64,000 nt of DNA from an uncultured Desulfobulbia bacterium (lineage in GTDB: Bacteria; Desulfobacterota; Desulfobulbia; Desulfobulbales; SURF-16): the NCBI GenBank assembly GCA_964653055.1, contig CAZZCA010000010.1, positions 14,619 to 78,618 on the forward strand, in the 5' to 3' direction. The notes below the pieces were generated by a model. The model made no database searches, was not told where the DNA came from, and worked only from the letters and a program-made list of their open reading frames with translations. The translations under genes were made by a program, and so were the position numbers. This document shows positions 27,189-36,835 of the stretch, piece by piece. Position 1 is the first letter of the stretch; every line of letters begins with the position of its first letter.

Positions 27189-27223
27189 CAATAATTATTT
27201 CGCAAAAATTGAATTCAAGCGTC

Positions 27224-27850
27224 TTAGTTTACTAAAAAATCATCTAAAATTGGCAAAAGACCTTCAATGAATAGCCGTTGCCGTTCTATATCACTCTCCA
27301 AATGATCAGCTAACCCCGTTACCCTTATTAGAGCTCCGTCTGAGCGCTGCCTTAACAGAGAATCAAAAATCATCCAGGCACGATCCAAGTACTCATTAGC
27401 CACTACCCGGCCCCGTCCCTGATACCAATAATGAGCCAGCTGTTTATCCAAACCCTTTTGCAGGAGCATCTGGTTAATCTGGATTTGGTCCCCATCAATA
27501 CCGGTCACCATGATCATCTTATCCAAAACAGTATTCCAGCCACTGCCCGGCATACAATGTTTGGGAGAATGGATGATCTCGCCCTCTGTCTGGGACTCGT
27601 AAACCCCAAGATAAAGCCAGAGCGAATAGCCCTTCGAGTCCCTATATTCCTGCATCAGATAATGATCAACCCCAAGGGCCTCCAAAATTTCAGGACTAAA
27701 CTCCCGGCTATTTACTGAGGTAAAAGGCCCTATCGCTTGAGGAAACTTGGTCAATGATCTCTTAAGGGGAACCGGCTCGACAGTTCCCAGAAAATTGACA
27801 TAAACAATGACCGTGCAAAGAAGAATTATCGTGATCACAAAATTCTTCAT
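27224..27850 (-). CDS. epsI: EpsI-family exosortase-associated protein
   Basis: 208 aa with an N-terminal TM helix. HSPKHCMPGSGW motif. Lies directly downstream of xrtA with a 1-nt gap. Confidence 0.85.
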   Translation of the reverse strand: MKNFVITIILLCTVIVYVNFLGTVEPVPLKRSLTKFPQAIGPFTSVNSREFSPEILEALGVDHYLMQEYRDSKGYSLWLYLGVYESQTEGEIIHSPKHCMPGSGWNTVLDKMIMVTGIDGDQIQINQMLLQKGLDKQLAHYWYQGRGRVVANEYLDRAWMIFDSLLRQRSDGALIRVTGLADHLESDIERQRLFIEGLLPILDDFLVN

Positions 27851-27851
27851 T

Positions 27852-28706
27852 TTATTTTATTCTCCCAATTGGCTTACGACCTTTCTTTTTCATTAACTCT
27901 GATAGAAGCCATAGCACAACAAATGAAACAACAAAGACCAGCCACCCAGTCAGCTCATGAAGAAACCCGGAACTCCAGGCCGGATCAAATTTCGTAAGAA
28001 GCCCGGTTGCCGCCACCCGAAGAGCATTGGCGCAAACAGCAACTGGAACAGCCAGAAACATCAGGACAAAACACGGTAAAGCCCTGCCATGCATCATATA
28101 TCCCAGGAAAAAGGCCAGGGTGATCAGGGTCATTAAAGAACGAATCCCGCTACAGGCATCCACCACCTCAAGAGTGGTATGGGTTAGATGAACAATATTT
28201 CCTTCCTGGAAAACAGCAAGACCTATCAAGCTGAGAAAAAAAACAGCGACCTTTGTGGCCACCAGCTTTAGAGGAAAGGCCACCGAATTATAAAGAATAT
28301 AGGGTAGTGGCACGGCGAAAAACAAAATACCCACGGGAAAACGAAGAAGAGCCATCACTCCTGTCCCTTCCAGATAAAGGATCAGGCCCAAAAGCAAGAC
28401 AATAAAGGATACCCGGCGGGTAAAGAACTCTGCCCCGACAAAGCCAAGAAGATAGAGAACCAGACCAGCCACCACCAACACCAAACCCAGGGTATATGGC
28501 CTGGAAGGCGACATTTTTAATTGGGAAAAACGGTCTTTAAGATAATAAAGGGATATGAGAGGGATTAGAAGACCATGAGAGTAATTATCGTCTTCCCAGA
28601 GATCAATAAACCAATCCCCAAAAACACGATAATAAAGAACCACGAGCAAGAGAGAAACAACAAGCCATTTACATAATCGAGATTTCTCAAGAATTCTCAG
28701 TGACAA
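27852..28706 (-). CDS. xrtA: Exosortase A
   Basis: 284 aa polytopic membrane protein. WEDDNYSHGLLIP near the N-terminus. Catalytic-Cys motif LEVVDACSGIRSL. TTG start preceded by AGGAGG at 6 nt. Confidence 0.9.
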   Translation of the reverse strand: MSLRILEKSRLCKWLVVSLLLVVLYYRVFGDWFIDLWEDDNYSHGLLIPLISLYYLKDRFSQLKMSPSRPYTLGLVLVVAGLVLYLLGFVGAEFFTRRVSFIVLLLGLILYLEGTGVMALLRFPVGILFFAVPLPYILYNSVAFPLKLVATKVAVFFLSLIGLAVFQEGNIVHLTHTTLEVVDACSGIRSLMTLITLAFFLGYMMHGRALPCFVLMFLAVPVAVCANALRVAATGLLTKFDPAWSSGFLHELTGWLVFVVSFVVLWLLSELMKKKGRKPIGRIK

Positions 28707-28811
28707 TTCAGCCCTCCTATAATCAAAAAACCAGCTAGTAAAACAATATCATTTGCTCAAATAATAACAAGGGAATTGTTCATATTTTACAAGAACAACT
28801 ATATGTTTTCA

Positions 28812-28846
28812 CACAAAAAAAGCCCCAGCGATAATCGCTGGAGCTT
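28812..28846 (-). terminator. Rho-independent terminator after the PEP-CTERM gene
   Basis: Minus-strand RNA reads AGCUCCAGCGAUUAUCGCUGGGGCU followed by U7. The stem is 7 bp plus 3 bp. It lies about 30 nt after the stop at 28875. Confidence 0.65.
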
Positions 28847-28874
28847 TTTCATCAACGGAGAGAAGAGAAGAGGA

Positions 28875-29492
28875 TTATTTCCGGGACAACCGTCTACGGC
28901 TGTAGCCAGCCAGACCGGCAAGACCGGTTCCGAACAGAAGCATGGAGGCTGGCTCCGGTACCGGGTTGGTTGAGCCACCGGCGACCTTCGTATGCTGCTC
29001 GCCATCAACACCCATAAGAGTATAAGACATTTCCCAGGCACCACCCTCATCCCAGGCCCATCCTGCACCTGAATCAGTATTAAACATCAGGGGGTCAATA
29101 AGGTCATAGGCAAAGGTAAGCTGCAAAGGGTCATTGTCCCTCGTAACAGGTGTGCCAGAACCACCAGCCTTACTAACAGCCCATTTACCACCATCAAGTG
29201 TAGGCGCAGCCCAATCAGTAGGATTAATCATGGTAAAATCAGAAGCGCTCACATTCTCGAAGATATCACCTTCAATCTCAATTTCAAGATGGTTAACATA
29301 AACACCACCCTCGCCTACAAAGAAACTGAACAAAACGGTGCCAGTTCCATCTGCCTCATTCATCCCACCATCATAGAGGACATCAACAATACCATGCTGG
29401 TCAAAAGACACAGGTACCGCCTGAGCATTACCTATGGCCATCAAAGAAGCCGCCGCCGCAATCACCAATGATCTCATCATAATTTTTTTCAT
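28875..29492 (-). CDS. Secreted PEP-CTERM sorting-domain protein (putative exosortase substrate)
   Basis: 205 aa. Signal peptide MKKIMMRSLVIAAAASLMAIGNAQA. The C-terminus VPEPASMLLFGTGLAGLAGYSRRRLSRK is a PEP motif + TM helix + Arg-rich tail. SD GAGGAG. Confidence 0.9.
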   Translation of the reverse strand: MKKIMMRSLVIAAAASLMAIGNAQAVPVSFDQHGIVDVLYDGGMNEADGTGTVLFSFFVGEGGVYVNHLEIEIEGDIFENVSASDFTMINPTDWAAPTLDGGKWAVSKAGGSGTPVTRDNDPLQLTFAYDLIDPLMFNTDSGAGWAWDEGGAWEMSYTLMGVDGEQHTKVAGGSTNPVPEPASMLLFGTGLAGLAGYSRRRLSRK

Positions 29493-29577
29493 CTGTTAAC
29501 TCCTCGAGTCTCTCTTTTACGTTGAATATCCTAAAACCAAATACACTAATCATAAATAAATACTTAAACCTACCAAT

Positions 29578-29594
29578 AAGCACCATGCGTGCCA
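29578..29594 (-). promoter_or_regulatory. Sigma-54 (-24/-12) type promoter upstream of the PEP-CTERM gene
   Basis: The minus strand reads TGGCACGCATGGTGCTT. GG and GC are spaced exactly as in TGGCACG-N4-TTGCW, with one mismatch in the -12 box. It lies about 90 nt upstream of the ATG at 29492. Confidence 0.6.
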
Positions 29595-29870
29595 AAGGCG
29601 CAGATTTTATCAAAAAACTTGCGCGACACCTTATCACCCTGAAATTACAGCAGATTCCAACATTGACGCCACCGCACAACCCCTAGTCCTCGTTAGGTTG
29701 AGCCCAATAACAACCGGGACCAGGGCAAAAAAACAAAATAAATATACCGGGTTTTCCGGATTCCCGAAAGCAGACACCCGCCCTGAACCCCTACCAGCAA
29801 AGCCTTTTCTCTATTTTTTCCACAATTCCGGAAAAAAATCCGGCAAGCCGAACCGGTTTTTCTCTCAAAA

Positions 29871-29900
29871 CAAAAAAAGAGGCCTGCACAAGCAGACCCC
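29871..29900 (-). terminator. Rho-independent terminator after the PilZ gene
   Basis: Minus-strand RNA reads GGGGUCUGCUUGUGCAGGCCUC followed by U7. The stem is 7 bp including one G-U pair. It lies about 36 nt after the stop at 29936. Confidence 0.6.
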
Positions 29901-29935
29901 TTTCAACAAAACTGCATTTTTTACTTAAAACATAT

Positions 29936-30484
29936 CTACATCATGGGCAGCCCCAGATGGGTACCCACTGCCTGGGTCAGCCTTAAGTCTTCAAAGGCTA
30001 TCCCGGCCTGGTACACGTCCTCATCATTCTTTGCTTCACACCACCGGACCTGAGCCGAGCCGGACAAGCCAGGTGCCGAAAAATCAGAACCGAACTGCAG
30101 GGCAATTATGTCATTTGGCAATAATTGCTGCCGGCTTTCCATACGCAGACCACCTAAACTCAGATCAATTGCAAAGGCCTTATCATCCAGGAGCTTCCCG
30201 CTTCCAGCATCGGCACCACCAGCAAAAAGAGACAGGGCAATCCGCTCCGTAACCCGCCGATACCGCCTACGGCCCTGGCTGGTTACAAAGCCATACTTCT
30301 CCGCATCTTCATGAATCATCTCACTACCACGCAGATACTGACTACATCGACCATAACGCCCGGTTGAGCAAAACATCTCAATATGCTCAGGCATGGGGAT
30401 GTACAACCCGCCCTTAGTCATATTGCACGCGTTGGCATTCTCCTCCACCCAATGAGGACATTTTTCGCCACGGCGGTTTTTCAT
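29936..30484 (-). CDS. PilZ-domain (c-di-GMP receptor) protein with an N-terminal four-Cys domain
   Basis: 182 aa. PilZ motifs GRRRYRRV (RxxxR) and IDLSLGG (DxSxxG) about 30 aa apart. The N-terminus KCPHW..ACN...FCSTGRYGRCSQY has 4 Cys. Confidence 0.75.
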   Translation of the reverse strand: MKNRRGEKCPHWVEENANACNMTKGGLYIPMPEHIEMFCSTGRYGRCSQYLRGSEMIHEDAEKYGFVTSQGRRRYRRVTERIALSLFAGGADAGSGKLLDDKAFAIDLSLGGLRMESRQQLLPNDIIALQFGSDFSAPGLSGSAQVRWCEAKNDEDVYQAGIAFEDLRLTQAVGTHLGLPMM

Positions 30485-30542
30485 ATTATCAAATCCCTAT
30501 TCTTTAAGATAAAAACAAGTTGAACTTAACTAAAATTACACA

Positions 30543-30558
30543 GCAATAAGGGTGCCAA
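30543..30558 (-). promoter_or_regulatory. Sigma-54 (-24/-12) promoter upstream of the PilZ gene
   Basis: The minus strand reads TTGGCACCCTTATTGC followed by T, a full match to TGGCAC-N5-TTGCW. It lies 14 nt after the activator stop and about 60 nt upstream of the ATG at 30484. Confidence 0.7.
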
Positions 30559-30570
30559 GCATCACAAATC

Positions 30571-32067
30571 TCACCAACCAGCCCGCTTCGCCAAACCATA
30601 ACGCTTAATCCGATCATACAATGCGGTCTTGCCAATCTGCAGCATCCTGGCAGCATCCTGCACATTGCCATCACATTGGCAAAGACATTTATAAACGACC
30701 TCTCCCTCAAATTCCGCCATCATATCCCGCAGAGAGCTCTCTACCATATGGGCTTCAAGTTCACCCAGATAATCATCCAGTGCAGATGCAGACATTTTCT
30801 CCTCAATGACCAGATCATGCTCGGCAATCACATTATTTTTGGCAGTTAACACCGCCCGCTGAATCACATTCTCCAGCTCCCTGACATTCCCCGGCCAATT
30901 ATGGAGGAGAAGCTTATTGATGATAGTATCCGGCAGATAATCAATCTCCTTCTTGAACGCTGCCCGGTAATGGCGGACAAAATGGGTGGCCAGGTCAACA
31001 ATATCCTCCTTCCGATCCCTTAACGGGGGGATAACGACATTGATAATATTTAGCCGGTAAAAGAGATCCAGTCGAAACTTCCCCCTGTCCACCGCTTTTA
31101 CCAAATCAACATGGGTAGCAGCAACAACCCGGACATCTACAAAAACCGGTTTCGAGCCACCAACCCTGACAACCTCGCCATTTTGCAATACCCGCAGTAG
31201 AGCCGCCTGCATCCTGGGGCTGATATCACCAATCTCATCCAAAAAGATAGTGCCGCCATTAACAACCTCAAACTTACCCTTCTTCCGGGCAGCGGCCCCG
31301 GTAAATGCCCCTTTTTCATAACCAAAGAGATCACTTTCCAGCAGATTATCATTAATGGTGTTGCAGTTTACCTTGAGATAGGGCTTATCCTTACGGTCAC
31401 TACTAGACCTGATCAGATCAGCCACCAGCTCTTTACCAGTCCCTGACTCACCGGCAACAAGAACCGTGGCATCCGTCTCTGCCACCTGACTTATAATTTC
31501 CCGCAACTCCCGCATTTGACGACTGGAGCCGATCATTTCATCGGTCTGATCCCGGGCAGATATTTTTTTCTTTAAGTGATTTACCTCCCGGGCAAGGGCA
31601 CTATGGATTTTTTCTCTTTCCTTGAGTTCCTCAATCTTCTGATGAAGAACCTCCTCAATATTTTTATGAAATTTCTGGAGCTCAAGTTCCTGCACTTTTC
31701 TTCTTGTCACATCCCGCATAACAAGCATCAACAGAAGATCACCCTTATAACCCCAAAATGGTGCAATACTGAACTCCACAGCAATATCATCCACCCGGGC
31801 CTCACGCAATTCAACCTGACCCAGTCCATTTGCAGATAATTTATTAATTTCATCAATATCGTAAGAATCGCAGAGATTTTGCGGACAGAGCTGGCCAACC
31901 ATATCCCCCATCACCGACACAGCACTTGGGTTCATGTATTCGATTCCGCAATCCTGGCGAATCAGGACCACCATCTCCGGCATTACATCAAGCAATGACC
32001 GCCAATTGCGAACAAGACGCTTAACTTCTTCCTTCTTCTGTTCAAGCTCTATAGTTAAAGTATCCAC
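30571..32067 (-). CDS. Sigma-54-dependent transcriptional activator (PAS - AAA+ - Fis-type HTH)
   Basis: 498 aa with a GTG start and an AGAGGA SD. Walker A is GESGTGKE. Sigma-54 contact loop is EKGAFTGA. C-terminal HTH is GNVQDAARMLQIGKTALYDRIKRYGL. The N-terminal roughly 130 aa are PAS-like, and there is no receiver domain. Confidence 0.85.
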   Translation of the reverse strand: MDTLTIELEQKKEEVKRLVRNWRSLLDVMPEMVVLIRQDCGIEYMNPSAVSVMGDMVGQLCPQNLCDSYDIDEINKLSANGLGQVELREARVDDIAVEFSIAPFWGYKGDLLLMLVMRDVTRRKVQELELQKFHKNIEEVLHQKIEELKEREKIHSALAREVNHLKKKISARDQTDEMIGSSRQMRELREIISQVAETDATVLVAGESGTGKELVADLIRSSSDRKDKPYLKVNCNTINDNLLESDLFGYEKGAFTGAAARKKGKFEVVNGGTIFLDEIGDISPRMQAALLRVLQNGEVVRVGGSKPVFVDVRVVAATHVDLVKAVDRGKFRLDLFYRLNIINVVIPPLRDRKEDIVDLATHFVRHYRAAFKKEIDYLPDTIINKLLLHNWPGNVRELENVIQRAVLTAKNNVIAEHDLVIEEKMSASALDDYLGELEAHMVESSLRDMMAEFEGEVVYKCLCQCDGNVQDAARMLQIGKTALYDRIKRYGLAKRAGW

Positions 32068-32131
32068 ATTTCCTCTTTAAGATATCTGGCTCCATAATCA
32101 GGCTGCCACCCATCAACCGCGCACCTTGTTT

Positions 32132-33439
32132 TTACTTTCGGCCAACCCCAAAATAATCAAAGCCGGCCTCCCGCATCCTATCCGGACTATAGACATTGCG
32201 CAGGTCCACAAAGACAGGGGTTTTCATGACTTTCTTTACCCGGGCAAGATCAAGGGCCCGATACTGATTCCATTCTGTAAACAACACCACAGCATCGGCT
32301 CCGGCGCAGGCATCATAAGCATTATCAACATACGAAAAATCAGGAAACAGAATGGACGCCTCTTCCATCCCCTGGGGGTCATGGGCCAGAATCCGGGCCC
32401 CCTTCTCAAAAAGAGGGGGTAAAATGGTCAGCGCCGGTGCCTCCCGCAGGTCATCGGTCTCTGGCTTGAAGGTAAGGCCAAGGGCTCCAATTGTTTTACC
32501 CGCCACCGAACCCCCCAGGGCATCTCTAATCTTCTTGACCATTCTCGCCTTCTGGGCCGCATTAACCTCCACCGCCGCCTCCACCGAACGCAACACTGAA
32601 CCATGCTCCTGGGCAATCCGGAGAAGGGCCACCGTATCCTTAGGGAAACAGGAACCACCATACCCAGGGCCAGCATGGAGGAATTTACTACCAATCCGCC
32701 CGTCCAGGCCCATGGCCCGGGCCAGGTCAACCACATCACCACCCACCTCTTCACAGACATTGGCCATCTCATTAATAAATGAAATTTTAACCGACAAAAA
32801 GGCATTAGAGGCGTATTTGATAAGCTCTGCGGTTTCAAGGCCAGTGGCAACAAAAGGAACCGAAATAAGATAAAGGGGGTTATAAATTTCCTTCATCACC
32901 TGAACCGCCCGTTCCGATTCGGCCCCGATTACCACCCGATCCGGTCGCATAAAATCATTGATGGCCGCCCCTTCCCGCAAAAACTCAGGGTTGGAAACCA
33001 CATCAAAATCAGCACCGGGATTTACCTCTCCGATTAACCTGTGAACCTGCCGGGCCGTACCCACCGGCACTGTGCTCTTATCAATAACTACGGTATAACC
33101 ATCAAGAAGGGGAGCAAGGTCTTTAACCGCCGCATAGATATAGGTAAGATCAGCATACCCATCACCCCGCCTGGATGACGGGGTTCCCACTGCGATAAAA
33201 ATCGCCTCAGCCGAAGAAATACATCCCTTCAGATCATTACTGAACTCAAGGCGACCATCGCCAACATTCTTGGCAACCAGAGCGTCAAGACCAGGCTCAT
33301 AGATGGGGATCTCCCCCTGCTGCAGAGACTCTATCTTGCCGCGGTCGTTATCCATGCAGATGACCTGATGACCAAGCTCGGCAAGACAGACCCCGGTTAC
33401 CAAACCAACATACCCTGTACCAATAATTGTAATACGCAT
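32132..33439 (-). CDS. ugd: UDP-glucose 6-dehydrogenase
   Basis: 435 aa. MRITIIGTGYVGLVTG Rossmann N-terminus. GGSCFPKDT catalytic-Cys motif. Confidence 0.85.
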   Translation of the reverse strand: MRITIIGTGYVGLVTGVCLAELGHQVICMDNDRGKIESLQQGEIPIYEPGLDALVAKNVGDGRLEFSNDLKGCISSAEAIFIAVGTPSSRRGDGYADLTYIYAAVKDLAPLLDGYTVVIDKSTVPVGTARQVHRLIGEVNPGADFDVVSNPEFLREGAAINDFMRPDRVVIGAESERAVQVMKEIYNPLYLISVPFVATGLETAELIKYASNAFLSVKISFINEMANVCEEVGGDVVDLARAMGLDGRIGSKFLHAGPGYGGSCFPKDTVALLRIAQEHGSVLRSVEAAVEVNAAQKARMVKKIRDALGGSVAGKTIGALGLTFKPETDDLREAPALTILPPLFEKGARILAHDPQGMEEASILFPDFSYVDNAYDACAGADAVVLFTEWNQYRALDLARVKKVMKTPVFVDLRNVYSPDRMREAGFDYFGVGRK

Positions 33440-33447
33440 CTATTCCC

Positions 33448-34464
33448 CTATTTCCCGTAAAAAGACATATACCAGTCAACAAATTTCTGCAGCCCATCTT
33501 CAATAGAGGTCGCTGGTTTATAGTCCACATCCCGAACCAGATCATCCATATTGGCAAAAGTAGCCGGCACATCACCATCCTGCATGGGGAGAAACTCCTT
33601 GTCTGCCTCTTTACCCAGGCATTTCTCCAGGACCTCGATAAAATACATCAGGTCCTCCTGCTGATTATTGCCGATATTATAGACCCGAAACGGACAATAA
33701 CTGGTGGCAGGGTCAGGGTTTTCCCTGTCCCAGGCAGGGTCCGCCTGGGGCTGGAGCCTCATAACTCTTACCACTCCTTCAACAATATCATCAATATAGG
33801 TAAAATCCCGCTTCATCCGGCCATGGTTAAAAACCTTGATGGGCTCACCGGCAAGAATGGCCCTGGTGAAAAGAAAATAAGCCATATCCGGCCGACCCCA
33901 GGGGCCGTAAACCGTAAAAAACCTCAACCCAGTGGCTGGCAAACCATAAAGATGGCTATAGGAATGGGCCATCAACTCGTTGGATTTCTTAGTGGCCGCA
34001 TAGAGCGAAACCGGATGATCAACATTATCATGGACCGAAAAAGGCATCCTGGTATTACCGCCATAGACCGAACTGGATGAGGCAAATAGCAGATGTTCCA
34101 CCCCGCTGTGACGGCACCCTTCCAGGATATTGAGGAAACCAACCACATTACTGTCAATATAGGAATGAGGGTTTTCCAGGGAATAGCGAACCCCGGCCTG
34201 GGCCGCCAGATTAACCACCACCTCAAAATGATGATCCCGGAAAAGAGCCTCCATGGCCAGACGATCAGCCATATCAACGGGCTGAAAGGTAAACCTATCA
34301 TCCCCCTGCAACTTTGCCAGCCTGGCCTTTTTCAAGGCAGGGTCATAATAATCATTAAGATTATCAATACCCACCACCTCAATGCCATCCGCCAATAGCC
34401 TTCTACTCAGGAAAAACCCGATAAAACCGGCAGCACCGGTTATCAAAACTTTTTTGGGATTCAT
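33448..34464 (-). CDS. NAD-dependent epimerase, UDP-glucuronate 4-epimerase-like
   Basis: The track ORF extends to 34485 (MMRTGEG...). I prefer the ATG at 34464 ([17 protein letters not shown]), which is preceded by [22 protein letters not shown] and YAATK motifs are typical of this subgroup. Confidence 0.7.
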   Translation of the reverse strand: MNPKKVLITGAAGFIGFFLSRRLLADGIEVVGIDNLNDYYDPALKKARLAKLQGDDRFTFQPVDMADRLAMEALFRDHHFEVVVNLAAQAGVRYSLENPHSYIDSNVVGFLNILEGCRHSGVEHLLFASSSSVYGGNTRMPFSVHDNVDHPVSLYAATKKSNELMAHSYSHLYGLPATGLRFFTVYGPWGRPDMAYFLFTRAILAGEPIKVFNHGRMKRDFTYIDDIVEGVVRVMRLQPQADPAWDRENPDPATSYCPFRVYNIGNNQQEDLMYFIEVLEKCLGKEADKEFLPMQDGDVPATFANMDDLVRDVDYKPATSIEDGLQKFVDWYMSFYGK

Positions 34465-34484
34465 CCCCTCTCCCGTTCTCATCA

Positions 34485-35519
34485 TTACCTCAAATATCCC
34501 AAATACCAGGACGCAGCCTCATCAAGACCTGCTGAAACCGAATAAACCGGCTCATACCCCAAGAATGTACGAGACTTACCGATATCCGCCAGTGAATGCC
34601 GAACATCTCCAGCCCGAAAGTCACGATAAACCGCTTTTTGTCCACCAGCCGCCGGAAACCTTGCAACAACCCTGTCCCTGATCATCGCTACTAGCTCATT
34701 TAAGGTCGTACGCTCCCCAAAGGCCACATTATAAACCTGGTTCAAGGACGCATCATCTTCAACGCATGCCGCCAACAAATTTGCCTGAACACAATTATCA
34801 ATATAACAAAAATCTCGGCTGGTCTCGCCATCACCATTAACAAAGAGCTCTTCTCCGCGGATAAATGCCGAGAACCATTTAGGAATAACGGCAGCATACG
34901 CTCCGGCAGGATCCTGGCGCTGACCAAAAATATTAAAATAACGAAGCCCAATGGTCTTAAAGCCATAGGTGCGGGCAAAGACATCGCCATACAGCTCATT
35001 AACATATTTGGTCACAGCATATGGCGACAAAGGCCGGCCAATGGCATCTTCCACCTTAGGCAAGGCCGGATGATCTCCATAAGTGGAGCTAGAAGCAGCA
35101 TAGACAAAACGCTTGACCTTACCCGCCTTAGCCGCCACCAGCATATTCAAAAACCCTGTCAGATTATTTGCGTTTGTCAACACAGGGTCTTCAATTGAAC
35201 GAGGAACCGAGCCAAGGGCCGCCTGATGCAAAACATAATCAACCTGACCACAGACCTCATGACAAGTGGGCAGATCTCGGATATCCCCTTTGACAAAAAC
35301 AAAATTATCCCATTGCTCAGGGCTGACCAATTGTTGAACCTGGTCAAGATTATGCTGAAAGCCTGTGGCAAAATTATCCAGACCAACAACTACCTGATCA
35401 AGCTTCAATAATGTTTCCAATAAATTAGAACCGATAAAGCCAGCAACACCGGTAACCAGCCAACGTCGTGGAGAACTACTCAATTCTTTTTTTAATTCTT
35501 CATATACACTCACTGACAA
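34485..35519 (-). CDS. tviC: UDP-GlcNAc / UDP-GlcNAcA C4-epimerase (WbpP/TviC-like)
   Basis: 344 aa. YEELKKEL...[42 protein letters not shown] closely resembles WbpP/TviC N-termini as I recall them. Adjacent to a TviB-like dehydrogenase. Confidence 0.65.
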   Translation of the reverse strand: MSVSVYEELKKELSSSPRRWLVTGVAGFIGSNLLETLLKLDQVVVGLDNFATGFQHNLDQVQQLVSPEQWDNFVFVKGDIRDLPTCHEVCGQVDYVLHQAALGSVPRSIEDPVLTNANNLTGFLNMLVAAKAGKVKRFVYAASSSTYGDHPALPKVEDAIGRPLSPYAVTKYVNELYGDVFARTYGFKTIGLRYFNIFGQRQDPAGAYAAVIPKWFSAFIRGEELFVNGDGETSRDFCYIDNCVQANLLAACVEDDASLNQVYNVAFGERTTLNELVAMIRDRVVARFPAAGGQKAVYRDFRAGDVRHSLADIGKSRTFLGYEPVYSVSAGLDEAASWYLGYLR

Positions 35520-35526
35520 ACCTCTC

Positions 35527-36810
35527 CTATAAACGCCAGAACCTTAATTTTTCCTGCTTAATATCCGCTGGCTTAAAGGCTGATTTCACATCAACAAGAC
35601 AGCCTTTGGCGCTCAGCATTGCTGCAAAGTCCTTAACAGGTTTTTGCAGATACTCCCCATGGGGTACCGCCATAATCAAGGCACCAAGGTCGCTTAAATC
35701 GTTATAAGAACAAAGATCCACTCCGAAAAAGCGGCGGGCCTCTTCTTTATCTGCCTGTGGGTCATGAACCATCACCTCAACCCCATAGGTTTTAAGCTCA
35801 TCAATAATATCGATTACCTTAGAGTTGCGCAGATCAGGACAATTTTCCTTAAAAGTAAGCCCCATAATACCAACCCTGGTCCCCTGCAGACTAACTCCGC
35901 CAGCCAGCATCAACTTAATCGTCTTCTCGGCAATTAATTTACCCATAGAATCGTTAATACGACGGCCAGCAAGAATCACTTCCGGATGATAACCGACTGT
36001 CTCCGCCTTATGGGTGAGGTAATAAGGATCAACCCCTATACAATGACCACCCACCAGACCCGGGCGGAAAGGGAGGAAATTCCATTTCGTCCCGGCTGCC
36101 TCCAGCACATTTAAGGTATCAATCCCCAGGCGATCAAATATTACCGCCAACTCATTCATTAGAGCAATATTCAAATCACGCTGAGTATTTTCTATTACCT
36201 TGGCCGCCTCTGCCTCCTTAATTGAGGCAGCCCGATAGACTCCTGCATCAATAATTGTCTCATAAAGACCAGCCACCTTAGCCAGAGTCTCCTCACTGTC
36301 CCCGGAAACAACCTTAACAATTCTGGTAAGGGTATGTTCCTGATCTCCTGGATTGATTCGCTCAGGAGAATAACCAACAGCAAAATCCTGCTGCCACTTC
36401 ATCCCAGATTCCAGTTCAAGAATCGGAACACAGACCTCTTCAGTGGCTCCCGGAAAAACAGTTGACTCAAAGATAATTACAGCCCCCTTCTTCAGGTTCT
36501 GACCAACGAGTACACTGGCTCCCTCCAGAGGGGTCAAGTCAGGCTGACGAGCTGAATCAATGGGCGTAGGCACTGCCACAACCACGAAATCCGCCTCTTT
36601 AATGTCTGCCGGATCAATGGTAAACTCAAGGTGAACAGCCTGCTCAAACATCTCCACCGACACCTCGCCATTGGGGTCAATCCCCTGTCGATACTTGGCA
36701 ACGGCGTCCTTATTAATATCAAAACCAATGGTGGGGAAGAGACGAGCAAAGGTTACAGCAAGGGGTAACCCCACATAACCCAGACCGATAACGGCAACTT
36801 TTGATGCCAT
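35527..36810 (-). CDS. tviB: UDP-N-acetyl-hexosamine 6-dehydrogenase (WbpO/TviB-like nucleotide-sugar dehydrogenase)
   Basis: 427 aa. [15 protein letters not shown]. Catalytic region [14 protein letters not shown]. Confidence 0.65.
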   Translation of the reverse strand: MASKVAVIGLGYVGLPLAVTFARLFPTIGFDINKDAVAKYRQGIDPNGEVSVEMFEQAVHLEFTIDPADIKEADFVVVAVPTPIDSARQPDLTPLEGASVLVGQNLKKGAVIIFESTVFPGATEEVCVPILELESGMKWQQDFAVGYSPERINPGDQEHTLTRIVKVVSGDSEETLAKVAGLYETIIDAGVYRAASIKEAEAAKVIENTQRDLNIALMNELAVIFDRLGIDTLNVLEAAGTKWNFLPFRPGLVGGHCIGVDPYYLTHKAETVGYHPEVILAGRRINDSMGKLIAEKTIKLMLAGGVSLQGTRVGIMGLTFKENCPDLRNSKVIDIIDELKTYGVEVMVHDPQADKEEARRFFGVDLCSYNDLSDLGALIMAVPHGEYLQKPVKDFAAMLSAKGCLVDVKSAFKPADIKQEKLRFWRL

Positions 36811-36835
36811 AATTAATTCCTTATTCTCAAATTTC

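Noticed and set aside
26900-28800. A mobile element, integrase or tRNA marking the GC-content step near 27 kb.
   Set aside because: Every ORF across the boundary is an EPS-locus gene with tight spacing. No transposase or integrase motifs, inverted terminal repeats or tRNA-like sequences were seen.
29428-29928. Small ORFs in the 443-nt gap between the PilZ and PEP-CTERM genes: a 76-aa ORF on the plus strand at 29698-29928 and an 83-aa ORF on the minus strand at 29428-29679.
   Set aside because: The plus-strand ORF starts with TTG, is a lysine/proline-rich low-complexity product, and overlaps the terminator. The minus-strand ORF spans the sigma-54 promoter and 5' UTR and overlaps the PEP-CTERM start out of frame. 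Neither has an RBS.
30639-30660. A perfect 11-nt tandem direct repeat, GCAGCATCCTG x2, lies about 90 nt upstream of the PilZ sigma-54 promoter and could be an enhancer site.
   Set aside because: It lies within the HTH-coding part of the activator gene (QDAARMLQ) and is explained by repeated GATGCTGC codons. There is no dyad symmetry.
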